A stretch of 64,000 nucleotides of DNA, taken from the IMG/VR virus record IMGVR_UViG_3300031132_000002. One strand, 5' to 3'. The stretch's first letter is position 1. Every line of letters starts with the position of its first letter. The position numbers and the translations under genes were made by a program. This document shows, one piece after another, positions 9,044 through 19,611 of the stretch. This DNA is from a virus. The notes beneath the pieces are model-generated. The model was given only the letters and a program-made list of their open reading frames with translations, did no database searches and was not told where the DNA came from.

Positions 9044-9688
9044 TCAGCCAACAGGCTCTTGGCTTCCTGTGGAAGGTTCAGGATCTGTTGTGCTTGCGGG
9101 TACAAAGATGTTTTCTGGTGTTCCAAGTGGGACTCCTGTTTTGATTAGGTTCATTAAGTCTTCCTTGCTCATTGATTGCATAACTTCATCCGTAAGTTCT
9201 ACTTTCTTGTCTTCTGGAAGTATTACTTCGAAGAATGTTGCTCCACCGGAGTATGCGTCTCTAAACTTAGCTACATCCATAGCTCGTTCTGGGGTTGCTC
9301 CAGCATCTAGTGCTGCCAAGGCATAGTCACTACCACTACCCACTGAATAATAATCCGTATCAATAGGATATGCTCGGGAAGGATCATTACCCTCGTGAAG
9401 ATATATCTCACCGTCAGGATGAACAACAAGAGCAACAAACTCTTCATCTTCTTTCTCTGGGTCAGTTTCCATAACCAAGGAAGGAAGTTCATCTTGCAGT
9501 CTTTCTGCCTTAATCTTCTGCTCCATCCAATCGAAGAATGTTAGGATAGAAGAAAGACGACCTGCACCACCGACAAGGTAGCCTTCAATCTTTCTTACTT
9601 TCTTGAAGTTGATGCTGTCCACACGACTATCGACAGTCACCATTCCATCACTATAAATTGCATCTCTGGTTGCAATAATTGTAGTCAT
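9044..9688 (-). CDS. HslV/proteasome-beta-like Ntn hydrolase
   Basis: N-terminal MTTIIA..SD, K-V, SVGSGSDYALAALDAGA, D..SGG. Confidence 0.85.
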   Translation of the reverse strand: MTTIIATRDAIYSDGMVTVDSRVDSINFKKVRKIEGYLVGGAGRLSSILTFFDWMEQKIKAERLQDELPSLVMETDPEKEDEEFVALVVHPDGEIYLHEGNDPSRAYPIDTDYYSVGSGSDYALAALDAGATPERAMDVAKFRDAYSGGATFFEVILPEDKKVELTDEVMQSMSKEDLMNLIKTGVPLGTPENIFVPASTTDPEPSTGSQEPVG

Positions 9689-9697
9689 TATTCCTCC

Positions 9698-10198
9698 TTA
9701 GTTTTCGTAATAGGTTTTAATCAAGTCCCTTCCACCGGAGGAATGCACGGAAAGATACTCTATAGCTCTCAACGTCTCTTTGTCTACCATCAAGGTAGTT
9801 GACTGCACCAACTGATGCTTGAACATATCACTACAATCACGCACGATTACTGCTTTACGATAGAAAACGTAACTCAGGAAGAGACGCTTAGCTTCTTCTG
9901 CACTGATTAAGAGTAGTTCAGGCTCAGATGTAGCAATATCAATGACACATTGAATCAAGTCACCCTTTGTCCCTGATAGCTTCTGATAAACACCCTCAAA
10001 ATATTCGTTGGTAAACAGCGCAGATACGACTTGAAATGGAGAAACACATTCTAACCTAAGTTGTACCTCTTTTGCAAGCAAATCCATAAAGATTTGTCTA
10101 AATTCATTAGGCTTCACCATACCAGCCTGATAGCAAGCCTCAATACCACTACGATCAATCTCAACTAACTGCATATGCTCTCCTTTTAGATAGGGCAT
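9698..10198 (-). CDS. hypothetical protein
   Basis: ORF; likely start MQLVEI after AAGGAG. Confidence 0.65.
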   Translation of the reverse strand: MPYLKGEHMQLVEIDRSGIEACYQAGMVKPNEFRQIFMDLLAKEVQLRLECVSPFQVVSALFTNEYFEGVYQKLSGTKGDLIQCVIDIATSEPELLLISAEEAKRLFLSYVFYRKAVIVRDCSDMFKHQLVQSTTLMVDKETLRAIEYLSVHSSGGRDLIKTYYEN

Positions 10199-10213
10199 CC
10201 CTGCCCATAAGTA

Positions 10214-10948
10214 TTAATAAAGTTCTGTGACGTACTGAGATAGACGTGAACGCTGGTTGTCCTCAGAGTCCAGGGTAATATACCCGATAAAGTCTTCCTT
10301 TGGAACTCCATCTTCGGTTACTCTACTTACAAAATCAGCCAGACCATTTTTACGGTTCTTGACTGCGTAGGTTTGACTAACATCACCAATCAGCACCACC
10401 TTCGTATCCTCTCCAGTACGCTCCAGCAGGAGTTTAATGGTTTGTGGAGACATAAGCTGGCTCTCGTCAATAATTACAATGGAGTGATCCCAAGTTGCGC
10501 CCAGCGCATAGTTTGGAACTTCCAGTTCAATCTTACCGTTAGCAATATCTGTTTCCAGTTTACCTGGAGACATAAAGCTGTGGAAGATTCTTTTTGTTGA
10601 AGCATAGTGGGCTGCAAGTTTATCCTTCTTGTCTCCCGAAAGGAATCCAATCTGGTCGTCACCAACTTCGGCAGGGTTTTTCAGGAAGATAATTCTCCGT
10701 GTGTCGCCTTGCTTTAGTTTATTGATTGCTGCCCATAGTGCGGTAGAGGTCTTGCCTGTTCCAGCTTTACCGTTTACAACAGTTAAATCGTTCCACTGCA
10801 TACTTTGAACAATCTGATTCTGCTTTTCTGTAGGAACAAAGTTCCCCAGCTTATAATCTGTCGTGGCTTCTGGATTCTTCTCTTGATATTTACTGCGAGG
10901 TGCGGAGGTATCAAAAGATTTACTAGACTTACGGCTACTCTTTCCCAT
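10214..10948 (-). CDS. phoH: PhoH-like ATPase
   Basis: GKAGTGKT, IGFLSGD, IIDESQ, LLERTGE, GDVSQ, RSRL. Confidence 0.92.
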   Translation of the reverse strand: MGKSSRKSSKSFDTSAPRSKYQEKNPEATTDYKLGNFVPTEKQNQIVQSMQWNDLTVVNGKAGTGKTSTALWAAINKLKQGDTRRIIFLKNPAEVGDDQIGFLSGDKKDKLAAHYASTKRIFHSFMSPGKLETDIANGKIELEVPNYALGATWDHSIVIIDESQLMSPQTIKLLLERTGEDTKVVLIGDVSQTYAVKNRKNGLADFVSRVTEDGVPKEDFIGYITLDSEDNQRSRLSQYVTELY

Positions 10949-10980
10949 TACTGCTCCTGAAAGGGGCGCTAGCCCCTTAA

Positions 10981-11481
10981 TTAGTTGTAGGCATCAAATG
11001 TGCCTGTTGTTAACACCTTAATAACACGTTCTGCTCTATTAGGCGTCTGACGATACCACTTACTTTGTCGCATATTAGTTCCAGCCAGTGCATAATTTTT
11101 ATTAGCAACCAGATTTAAACTGTTATGGAAAGAAGCAGTACCTGCTGCACCCATCTGAAATACCATATTGATCAGAGCTTGTTGCCTTACTCCATCGTAT
11201 TTCTTATAGATTGGGTTTAGTGTAGCGTCAGCCTGAATAGCTTTGATAGCAGCGCTAACATCGGACTGAAACACTTTTCGGGCTTCATCTTCGGTGATAG
11301 ACCCTTGGGTTTTTCTACCTACTTGAGAATCCAGAACACTGATTGCTACATCAAGAGAAGGCTTCTTAGTTAAAAGATGACCAATCCCCACAGTCCAGTA
11401 GCCCTCAGTGTCTTTATATACTTTCAGCTTCAAACCTTCGTCCAGCTTAAGCATACCGAAAACGTCTGATACGTTAGACAT
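10981..11481 (-). CDS. endolysin, T4 lysozyme family (GH24)
   Basis: DEGLKLKVYKDTEGYWTVGIGHLL, ALINMVFQMG, SKWYRQTPNRAERVI. Confidence 0.96.
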   Translation of the reverse strand: MSNVSDVFGMLKLDEGLKLKVYKDTEGYWTVGIGHLLTKKPSLDVAISVLDSQVGRKTQGSITEDEARKVFQSDVSAAIKAIQADATLNPIYKKYDGVRQQALINMVFQMGAAGTASFHNSLNLVANKNYALAGTNMRQSKWYRQTPNRAERVIKVLTTGTFDAYN

Positions 11482-11492
11482 TCATTTTCCTT

Positions 11493-11747
11493 TTATTTAA
11501 GGAAGTTTACCAGTTCAGTAAAACCTCCTACGTGCATTGTATCCGTTTCCTCTTCATCTCTTACGAAAATCTGAGGGAATGTAGAGGGACGGACTCCCGT
11601 TTTCTCAATAACCAGTTCGATAAGTTCTGGCACTGTGAAATCTTCATCCAAAGTCAGGTATACGAAGTGAATACCCTTGGAAATCAGTGTGTCTTTTGCA
11701 CGAGTGCAATATGGGCAATTTGGTTTGCCATAAATAGTGAATACCAT
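11493..11747 (-). CDS. glutaredoxin
   Basis: CPYC, TFPQIF, VGGFTEL. Confidence 0.93.
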   Translation of the reverse strand: MVFTIYGKPNCPYCTRAKDTLISKGIHFVYLTLDEDFTVPELIELVIEKTGVRPSTFPQIFVRDEEETDTMHVGGFTELVNFLK

Positions 11748-11755
11748 CTTTTCTC

Positions 11756-12580
11756 CTATAAAACCTTTTCCTTAGTTCTCAGAATACCTTCTTCCGTGTT
11801 ACTGGAAATACCGAAGGATGAAGCCAGTGCAGAATATGCTGGCCTCACTACGTCTGAGACTGTTTTCGTTGGAGAGACTATAACAGAATCATAGCCTTCT
11901 GTCAATAACTTTGTGAAGTCATACCAACTTAAAACTTTATCGCCTGAGAAGTGAATAATACCTGTCTCCAGGGAAAGATCACCAGTTGCGTAGTACTTAA
12001 AGATAGCTTCTGCAATATGACCCGCATACGTAGGTGTTCCCAACTGGTCGTCCACTACATTAAACTCGGTGACTCCCGAAGCAACCCTGTTCAGGATTGT
12101 TTTAGCGAAGTTATTCCCGAACTCACTATACACCCAAGAGGTGCGGATCACGAGAGGACTATACCACTTATGACCTGAGGCAAAGATCTCACCTGCTTCC
12201 TTGGTTACACCGTATACATTGAGAGGGTTAGTATCATCCCAAGAATTGTATGGTGCATTCTTCTTTCCATCGAAAACATAGTCAGATGAAATATGAATAA
12301 AGCGAATACATCTATCAGAACACAGTTTAGTTAGGATCGAAGGGCCAAGCGCGTTAATAGCAAATGCTTTATCTTGGTTTTCTTCTGCTCCATTAACATT
12401 GGTGTATGCTGCGCAGTTAATAACAACGTCCGGCAGTACTTCATCGATAATATCCTTCACCTTGAAGTAGTCGGTAATATCTACTCCGCTATCCAACTGG
12501 ATAACCTGAACATCAGAGGGTTTGTAATAAGCTAGGGCAGAACCTAGCTGCCCATATCCACCGAAGACTAAATACTTCAT
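11756..12580 (-). CDS. rmlD: dTDP-4-dehydrorhamnose reductase
   Basis: GGYGQLG, NCAAYTNV, ISSDYVFDG, YGVTK, DQLGTPT. Confidence 0.95.
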   Translation of the reverse strand: MKYLVFGGYGQLGSALAYYKPSDVQVIQLDSGVDITDYFKVKDIIDEVLPDVVINCAAYTNVNGAEENQDKAFAINALGPSILTKLCSDRCIRFIHISSDYVFDGKKNAPYNSWDDTNPLNVYGVTKEAGEIFASGHKWYSPLVIRTSWVYSEFGNNFAKTILNRVASGVTEFNVVDDQLGTPTYAGHIAEAIFKYYATGDLSLETGIIHFSGDKVLSWYDFTKLLTEGYDSVIVSPTKTVSDVVRPAYSALASSFGISSNTEEGILRTKEKVL

Positions 12581-13128
12581 CCAAAGATCTCCTTGAGTGA
12601 TTTAGCGTTACTGTCTTTTTCGGAAAGAGTGACTTTAAAATTCTTGCCCATAAGGTCAAAGCCCCAATCAATATTAACATCAGGATCATCCCACGCTAAA
12701 CTTACTTCTGATGCTGGATGATAGAACTGTGTGCATTTATATTCAAAGATTGCCTCTTCACTCATAACAACGAAGCCGTGAGCAAAGCCAGGTGGAATCC
12801 AGAAGATATCTTTATTCAGATCGCTAAGGAAAACACCTTCCCATTGCCCAAACGTGGGCGATCCTTTCCGCACATCCACAGCTACATCATATACACTACC
12901 TGACATAACACGAACAAGTTTACCCTGAGGATTGATGTTCTGAAAATGCATACCCCGCAGTACACCTTTTTTCGATTTAGATACGTTGTCCTGTACGAAC
13001 ACCTCATACCCGATATGTTCATCATACTCGGCTTGATTAAATGATTCGTAGAAGTATCCACGCTCATCTCCAAAGATTTTAGGACGGAAAAGTTTCAATC
13101 CCTCGATATCAAAACTCTTTACTTTCAT
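12577..13128 (-). CDS. rmlC: dTDP-4-dehydrorhamnose 3,5-epimerase
   Basis: [45 protein letters not shown]. Confidence 0.97.
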   Translation of the reverse strand: MKVKSFDIEGLKLFRPKIFGDERGYFYESFNQAEYDEHIGYEVFVQDNVSKSKKGVLRGMHFQNINPQGKLVRVMSGSVYDVAVDVRKGSPTFGQWEGVFLSDLNKDIFWIPPGFAHGFVVMSEEAIFEYKCTQFYHPASEVSLAWDDPDVNIDWGFDLMGKNFKVTLSEKDSNAKSLKEIFG

Positions 13129-14006
13129 CTCAATGTCTCCCCAAAAAGTTTAAGAATGTAAGTTCCGTATTCAACCTTAGCCATTTGCTGCCCTTTAGCT
13201 AATAGTTGGTCACGACTAATCCATCCGTTTTTATATGCAATTTCTTCCAGACAAGCGATATAAGTCCCTTGCTGTCGTTGTAGAGTTCTAACATACCCTG
13301 CGGCTTCAAGTAAACTCTCGTGAGTTCCTGTATCTAACCAAGCAAACCCACGTCCTAAAATCTCCACATCTAATACTTCATCTTGAAGATATGAGTTATT
13401 AATATCAGTGATTTCCAATTCTCCTCGGTCAGAAGGTCGAACTTCCTTTGCACGATCAACTACCGTATAATCGTAGAAGTATAATCCTGTGACTGCACAG
13501 TTGGACTTAGGTTCGTCTGGTTTTTCTTCAATACTAGTTACTTTGTTTCTGTTGAAGCCTACGACACCGAAACGCTGAGGATCTTTAACTTCGTAACCGA
13601 ATATTACCGCACCACCTTTATGTTCTACTTGTTCCCTTGCTTTCCTTAACTTTCCGCTAAAGCCTTCACCGAAGAAAAGATTATCACCTAAAACAAGAGC
13701 AACATCATCTCCATCAATGAATTCTTCCCCAATAATGAAAGCCTCTGCAAGCCCATTAGGTTCACTTTGAATTGCATAGGAGATACTTAATCCCCAATCG
13801 CTACCGTCTCCCAGAACATCCTCGAATGCAGATTGATCCTTAGGTGTGGTGATAACTAAGACTTCACGAATACCTGCCAGCATCAAGACTGATAATGGAT
13901 AGTAGATCATTGGTTTGTCGTACACAGGAAGAAGCTGTTTACTCACTCCCTTCGTGACAGGATGGAGGCGGGTTCCACTCCCGCCTGCCAGAACAATTCC
14001 TTTCAT
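13125..14006 (-). CDS. rmlA: glucose-1-phosphate thymidylyltransferase
   Basis: [50 protein letters not shown]. Confidence 0.97.
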   Translation of the reverse strand: MKGIVLAGGSGTRLHPVTKGVSKQLLPVYDKPMIYYPLSVLMLAGIREVLVITTPKDQSAFEDVLGDGSDWGLSISYAIQSEPNGLAEAFIIGEEFIDGDDVALVLGDNLFFGEGFSGKLRKAREQVEHKGGAVIFGYEVKDPQRFGVVGFNRNKVTSIEEKPDEPKSNCAVTGLYFYDYTVVDRAKEVRPSDRGELEITDINNSYLQDEVLDVEILGRGFAWLDTGTHESLLEAAGYVRTLQRQQGTYIACLEEIAYKNGWISRDQLLAKGQQMAKVEYGTYILKLFGETLR

Positions 14007-14995
14007 AGTTTGTCCTCCAACCATTCCCCATTATCAAGATACCAATCAACTGTTTTCCTGATACCCTCTTCAAAAGATTGCTCAGGTTTCCAGCCAAGTT
14101 CAGTCTGAATCTTGTTGCAGTTGATAGCATAGCGTTTATCGTGTCCCTTACGGTCAGGAACGTGTCTAATCAGGTTGCTAAGGTCTTTGCCTGTCCTTTC
14201 ACTAAGTCGGCTTAGAATGGCTCTCAGGACTTCTACGTTGGTCTTCTCGCTTAGTCCACCGATATTATATGTCTCGCCTTCTTTACCTTCCATTACAACT
14301 TTAATAAGAGCCTTTGCGTGGTCTTCCACGTATAGCCAATCACGGATCTGCTTACCATCTCCGTATACTGGAATAGTCTTACCGGCTAAGGCGTTAGTGA
14401 TGACCCTCGGGATTAGTTTCTCTGGGTACTGATACGGGCCATAGTTATTGGAACAGTTTGTGATTACTACGGGGATCTTATAGGTGCGACCCCAAGCACG
14501 GACTAAATGATCACTGGACGCCTTACTTGCTGAATACGGGCTGCTAGGAGAATAAGGATCGCTCTCTTTAAATCCGTCACTCCATTCTTCCCTGTCAGCT
14601 AAGTCACCGTATACTTCGTCAGTGGAAATATGGTGAAACTTTAATAAAGAGTTAGAACGGTTTCGTACTGCTTCCAGTAGGTTAAATGTGCCTACGATAT
14701 TAGAGTAAATAAAAGGTGCTGGATCTTCGATAGAGTTGTCAACGTGGCTCTCTGCTGCGAGATGCATAATGATGTGGGGATCGAAGTCTTCAATCATCGA
14801 ATTAACTCGGAAAGATGAAGCCAAATCGAACTCATAGAAAACCACCCGAGGGTTATCTAAGATGGGGGCGTTATTTAGATCAGAAGCGTAGCTCATTTTG
14901 TCTACTACTGCCAACTCGTGATCTGTTGTTTCTAATAGTTGTCGTACAACAGCACTACCAATAAAACCAGTGCCGCCTGTGATTAAAATTCTCAT
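14003..14995 (-). CDS. rmlB: dTDP-glucose 4,6-dehydratase
   Basis: [50 protein letters not shown]. Confidence 0.97.
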   Translation of the reverse strand: MRILITGGTGFIGSAVVRQLLETTDHELAVVDKMSYASDLNNAPILDNPRVVFYEFDLASSFRVNSMIEDFDPHIIMHLAAESHVDNSIEDPAPFIYSNIVGTFNLLEAVRNRSNSLLKFHHISTDEVYGDLADREEWSDGFKESDPYSPSSPYSASKASSDHLVRAWGRTYKIPVVITNCSNNYGPYQYPEKLIPRVITNALAGKTIPVYGDGKQIRDWLYVEDHAKALIKVVMEGKEGETYNIGGLSEKTNVEVLRAILSRLSERTGKDLSNLIRHVPDRKGHDKRYAINCNKIQTELGWKPEQSFEEGIRKTVDWYLDNGEWLEDKL

Positions 14996-15036
14996 ACCTG
15001 CTCCTTAATCTAAAAAGGGGCCGAAGCCCCATTGCA

Positions 15037-15255
15037 TCACGAGGTTACTAACGTAAACTCTAAGTCGGCAGGCCCGTAAATGAAGGCTTGCGTATCTGTC
15101 ACCACCAGATAGTTCCCTGCATCAATATGAAGTGGAAACTCCAAGTCTTCACTCAAGAGTTCTGCGTCCTGAATGGCTGTCATAAAGAAGTCCTCTTGGA
15201 CTTCCAGATAATCGCCTTTCTTAATGTCAGACAACTTTACGATACTGTTCGGCAT
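15037..15255 (-). CDS. hypothetical protein
   Basis: ORF in operon. Confidence 0.6.
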   Translation of the reverse strand: MPNSIVKLSDIKKGDYLEVQEDFFMTAIQDAELLSEDLEFPLHIDAGNYLVVTDTQAFIYGPADLEFTLVTS

Positions 15256-15258
15256 ATA

Positions 15259-15519
15259 TTATTCCTCAACCGTCTGGTCTTTTACTGTGATGATGGTGGA
15301 TCTGTCTCCACCTGTATAAGTTCCATCTTCCAACTCGAAGATTAGATCTCCGTCATACCAAAGAGTCCCATACTTCTTTGTATCGATTGGAGAGTAAACC
15401 GTGAACGGCTCTCCTACAACCTTTTTGAATACTTGGTTTTCACCAGACTCATCTTCGGTATATAGGATCTCATCTCCTACGACAACATTGTATACAGGTT
15501 TCTGATAAACTGCTGCCAT
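15259..15519 (-). CDS. hypothetical protein
   Basis: ORF with AAGGAG SD. Confidence 0.65.
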   Translation of the reverse strand: MAAVYQKPVYNVVVGDEILYTEDESGENQVFKKVVGEPFTVYSPIDTKKYGTLWYDGDLIFELEDGTYTGGDRSTIITVKDQTVEE

Positions 15520-15528
15520 TACTACTCC

Positions 15529-16623
15529 TTAGAAATCAAATTCCTCATCTTCTCCGAAGTCTTGCTTCATCGAATTGAGTTTGTAGTTAGTAAGCTGAAT
15601 CTCTTGTGCCGCAGCCTGGGTTTTATCTGGGTTTGTCCAGAAGTCCATCCAAGGAGTCGGGTTCTGCTTAGGTGATTTGAAATCTGCCTTGAGTTTCAGG
15701 CGACGATAGATAGGAGCACAGTTGTAGTATACCCATTCCATCATCAACACTTCATTCAAGCCAACAACAACTCGACCTTCGCTAAACAGATATTTAGCCC
15801 ACTGTCTTTCTTGGTCAACAACCGTGTCCAAGATAAGTTTCAGTCTCGGTTTAGCTTTTTCATAAGCATCAGCCCAAACTGCATCTTTCAGCAACGCATC
15901 GATAATAGCATAATCCATACGGACGTGCAACATCTCGTCTAACATAATTTTCTGTACGAGTTTCGCAGCACCAATGAACAAGCCTTGCTCGGCAAGTGCA
16001 AACGTAGCTGAGAATGACGACATAAACTGGATACCTTCAAGTGCGATCAGAGCAACCATACCTTCCAGCAGTAGCTGTCGGATGTAGTCACCATCATCTT
16101 CTACGGTCAGCATACCTAAGGCGTATTTATGTCCTGCTGTTTCCAGTTCCGACATTACCTCTTCGACGATACCCATACGATTGAAGATACTATCATTTTT
16201 AACAATCTCGTCAATCACTTTGTTTGGATCTTTAACACACTGACGAACAATCTCTGAATAGGTAAGGGCGTGGAGCAACTCTACCTCAGACTGTTTCAGC
16301 ATCATAGCGCTGGCTTCGTTATTTGTCAGGAATGGAGCGAACAGAGTGATGATTGACTTAGCCAGAGAGTCGTTTTCCCACTGGAAGCTGAGCGTCTTGA
16401 TCATAACATCAAAGTTATTCTGAGAACAGGTAGCAAAGTCTTTACGCGACTGATCCAAGTCAACTTCATCTTCTGCCCAATCCTGTGCTTTCTGTTTCTT
16501 GTACAGGTCAAACATCTCTGGGTAGGCTTTGTTGATACTGTCGTAGATGCCTAACTGTTGCCCCAGGAATACTGGATAGATGCCGCTCTTGTAGCTGTCG
16601 TTTTTAAGGTTGATTGCTGCCAT
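15529..16623 (-). CDS. nrdB: ribonucleotide reductase class Ia beta subunit
   Basis: W..DEVDL, E..H..TY (radical Tyr), LEGIQFMSSF, DEMLH. Confidence 0.95.
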   Translation of the reverse strand: MAAINLKNDSYKSGIYPVFLGQQLGIYDSINKAYPEMFDLYKKQKAQDWAEDEVDLDQSRKDFATCSQNNFDVMIKTLSFQWENDSLAKSIITLFAPFLTNNEASAMMLKQSEVELLHALTYSEIVRQCVKDPNKVIDEIVKNDSIFNRMGIVEEVMSELETAGHKYALGMLTVEDDGDYIRQLLLEGMVALIALEGIQFMSSFSATFALAEQGLFIGAAKLVQKIMLDEMLHVRMDYAIIDALLKDAVWADAYEKAKPRLKLILDTVVDQERQWAKYLFSEGRVVVGLNEVLMMEWVYYNCAPIYRRLKLKADFKSPKQNPTPWMDFWTNPDKTQAAAQEIQLTNYKLNSMKQDFGEDEEFDF

Positions 16624-16778
16624 TAAATTAGTTCCTCCGCTTCTGCACTCTGTAAATATTTATACACTTCTTCTTGACTCTCTGTTAGCTGAATGCCGTG
16701 ATCCTGAGCCATTTCAATAAGGTCAATCAGAGAAGATAATTCCCCAATCGACAATTTTAATTCAATTTGTGATCCCAT
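16623..16778 (-). CDS. hypothetical protein (51 aa)
   Basis: AAGGAG SD; MGSQIELKLSIGELSSLIDL...; stop overlaps nrdB start. Confidence 0.5.
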   Translation of the reverse strand: MGSQIELKLSIGELSSLIDLIEMAQDHGIQLTESQEEVYKYLQSAEAEELI

Positions 16779-17244
16779 AGTGCTCCTTACATACAGTTCT
16801 TATTCTTTCTATTTCCTCGGTGATCCATTCATATTGATCCAGATAATGAACTTTAGGATTATCCTCTTTGCCATAGAAATAATAGTGGGTTAGTGGCAGG
16901 CTAGATTCTACCAACATTTTTAGCAGGTCTTTATTCTGACGTAGCTTGCAGCGGATAGCTTCTCTAAGCACATCTTTGTGCTCTTCTGTCATCCCGTCTT
17001 TATCAATCCTACCCTCTAGCTTTCTTCCGTGTTTCTTTGCTTCGAAACCGGACATAGACTTTAATGATTCGTCTTTACATCCCGTAAGATAATAATACCA
17101 GAATCCTTCGAGAGATGCAAACTTTCCATAACCATTTACATCAACTTTATCGCTTGACAAGTTAGTTAAACGCCTACCTAAAAGTGTCTTACCTTTAGTG
17201 TAAATATTAATGTGGTCTATACCGTCATTGATCGGCACATACAT
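16762..17244 (-). CDS. NADAR-family protein (T4 gp30.3-like)
   Basis: LTNL...FASLEGF...SGFEAKKHGR...KLRQN..L..L..S..L.H pattern. Confidence 0.65.
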   Translation of the reverse strand: MYVPINDGIDHINIYTKGKTLLGRRLTNLSSDKVDVNGYGKFASLEGFWYYYLTGCKDESLKSMSGFEAKKHGRKLEGRIDKDGMTEEHKDVLREAIRCKLRQNKDLLKMLVESSLPLTHYYFYGKEDNPKVHYLDQYEWITEEIERIRTVCKEHYGITN

Positions 17245-17281
17245 ATCTTGCTCCCAAAGAAAAAGGGCCGAAGCCCTTTAA

Positions 17282-19591
17282 TCACATTTTACACGCTTCG
17301 CAACCGTCATCTTCATCATCTGGTAGCTGGTCAAGTGCCGCAGGCTCCATACCTAACTCTTTAAGGTCTTGGTCAGCCATTGTCTCAGAGGACTTGGTAC
17401 GACTATTCATATAGTAGAGTGATTTGGCACCCAACTTAGCCATAGTAAGGATGAACTGGATTTCAGTTTTGTAAGACAGCTTACCATCTTCTGATGCTGT
17501 GTAGTCAGCCCATTCATCACAGGAGATACCCTGATCCATAAACTTAGTGAAGATGCCGTAACATTCAGCCATATGTCTATGTGGAACATCCCAGGCAATC
17601 TGGTACTTGTTTTTCAGGCGGTCGTAATCAGGAACGATGAACAGAACGTTACCTTTCTGACTCTGCTTGAACAAGATCGTATCACGCACAGGGTATAGAC
17701 TATTTGTTGTGTTACTCACTAAAGAAGATGATTCGTTAGGAGCTACAGCAGTCAGAACACTGTTACGGATACCTCCGTTATCAATGATCTCTTGACGCAG
17801 AGTTTCCCAATCCAGCTTCAACTCGAAGTCAGCAATTTTGTCTACTTCCTTAGAGTAAGTGTCAATAGGCAACCAGCCCTCAGGCCATTTTGTCTTATGC
17901 ATCCACTCTGCATTACCTTTCTCTTTACCTAAGCGAAGAGAGGCTTTAGCCAACCAGAAGTAATGGCGTTCAGCAAGTTCGTGCATCAGTACTTTACCTT
18001 TCTCGTCAGTATACGAGGCATCATTATCTGCCAAGTAATGAGCAAGGTTTGTAATACCAACACCGATAGAGCGACGAGCTTTCGCTGTGATTTCATTATG
18101 AAGGAAAGGATACACCATATCTTCGATAATGTTGTCAATGGTCAGTACTGTGTAATACGCAACATCTTCGTACTCCTCTGGGGTAACACGTCCAGCAACA
18201 ATAGAAGCAAGGAAACATAGAGCCAGTTCAGATGTGTCTGTATTCTCTCCGGTATCAAGATCACTCATCTTCTGGAAAGCCTTTGTAGGCAGGAAGATTT
18301 CTTGGCACAGGTTAGACTGATAAATCAAATCAAGGAACGGAGTGTGACGGTTTACGTTATCTGCGAAGAAGATGTAAATACGTCCTGTCTCTGCGCGTTG
18401 CTTGATGATCTCCACCAGCATATCACGAGCTTTGACAATAGTTTTCTTAATTCGCTTACGGCTAACCCGTTCGTAGACTTCCTCAAATTCCTCTTCTGGA
18501 GCGTACATCGCTTCATAGAGTTCTGGGGCATCGTTCACACTAACCAGCATCCAATCCTTGCCTGTAGCAGCACGGCGCAGGAAGGCGTTGTTGACTACGA
18601 CAGAGTAATCCAGCTTGTCTACACGTTTGTTATTCGGTGTAGTTGGGTTTTTCAGTCGAATCAGATCATCAAAGTCTGGCTCTAAGCAAGAGAATGTGAT
18701 CGTTGCACTACCACCGCGAGATGCCTGTTTAGAAGCACCAACACTAGCTTCCATCCAACGAAGATATGGCAGCATACCACCGTGAACGATACGGTTATTC
18801 TTAACGCCCTGACCTGTTGCACGAGTTGAGATGTTAACCCCAATACCTGCATTATTCAAGGTATATTCGTGAGCGATAGTATTCGCAATACGCTGAGACT
18901 GAGCGGTGTCATCTGCACGGAACAGACAGCAAGAAGCGCTACCCAGAATATTTGTACGTACTGTTGTCAGATACGGAGACGGAAGGTTGATCTTCAAGTC
19001 ACTCGTGTATGTGTACAGTTGGGTAACATCCAGCAGGCGTGTCTCTTTCGGCTGCTTCTCCATCACTCGCATTGCCAGGCCCATAAACAGGAACTGAGGA
19101 GTTTCGTGGACAACACCATTAATCACATCACGCACCAGATACTTATCTTCCATCTGGCGAAGAACACTGTAGTCATAACCCAGATTCTTTTCGTGGTTGA
19201 TCACTTTACCCAGAGCTTCGATCTCGGCGTCCGTGTAATCCATATCAGCCCAAAACTTACCCTTAACGCTATCCTTATAGAACTCTAGCAGAGAAGGGAT
19301 CTTAGTGAAACCTCCGTGTGCTTGTTTATAAAGGCGTCCGATCAGCAGACGTGCTGCAAAATCAGCATAAGGCTGAGTTTGTTTGCTGATACAAGCAGAG
19401 ATCATAGCATTATGCAGGTCGGAAGTGGGCATTCCATCATACCCACGTTTGACTGCTTCTAACTCGATCTCACTCCAGCTAACCTTACCCTTGTTACGTT
19501 TGATGTTCTTTGCGAACTCAGACCACTTACGGAGTTTCTCAGGGTTAAACGGTTCTTTCTTACCGTTAGCCTTTGTTACGAAATTAATCAA
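17282..19591 (-). CDS. nrdA: ribonucleotide reductase class Ia alpha subunit
   Basis: ATP-cone start VTKANG, ETPQ, ASCC, SNLCQEI, GVGITN, APNESSS, SLYY, C-terminal CEACKM. Confidence 0.96.
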   Translation of the reverse strand: MINFVTKANGKKEPFNPEKLRKWSEFAKNIKRNKGKVSWSEIELEAVKRGYDGMPTSDLHNAMISACISKQTQPYADFAARLLIGRLYKQAHGGFTKIPSLLEFYKDSVKGKFWADMDYTDAEIEALGKVINHEKNLGYDYSVLRQMEDKYLVRDVINGVVHETPQFLFMGLAMRVMEKQPKETRLLDVTQLYTYTSDLKINLPSPYLTTVRTNILGSASCCLFRADDTAQSQRIANTIAHEYTLNNAGIGVNISTRATGQGVKNNRIVHGGMLPYLRWMEASVGASKQASRGGSATITFSCLEPDFDDLIRLKNPTTPNNKRVDKLDYSVVVNNAFLRRAATGKDWMLVSVNDAPELYEAMYAPEEEFEEVYERVSRKRIKKTIVKARDMLVEIIKQRAETGRIYIFFADNVNRHTPFLDLIYQSNLCQEIFLPTKAFQKMSDLDTGENTDTSELALCFLASIVAGRVTPEEYEDVAYYTVLTIDNIIEDMVYPFLHNEITAKARRSIGVGITNLAHYLADNDASYTDEKGKVLMHELAERHYFWLAKASLRLGKEKGNAEWMHKTKWPEGWLPIDTYSKEVDKIADFELKLDWETLRQEIIDNGGIRNSVLTAVAPNESSSLVSNTTNSLYPVRDTILFKQSQKGNVLFIVPDYDRLKNKYQIAWDVPHRHMAECYGIFTKFMDQGISCDEWADYTASEDGKLSYKTEIQFILTMAKLGAKSLYYMNSRTKSSETMADQDLKELGMEPAALDQLPDDEDDGCEACKM

Positions 19592-19611
19592 TGTCTTTTC
19601 CTTATTCTAAA

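Noticed and set aside
11756-14995. host O-antigen locus contamination or prophage boundary
   Set aside because: Genes are co-oriented with and tightly packed among phage genes, with no wzx/wzy, integrase or att site
15529-19591. introns or inteins in nrdA/nrdB
   Set aside because: Both ORFs are continuous and of normal length
17963-19610. several + strand ORFs within nrdA, and similar antisense ORFs elsewhere
   Set aside because: Shadow ORFs from codon bias of the real genes; no SD or motifs
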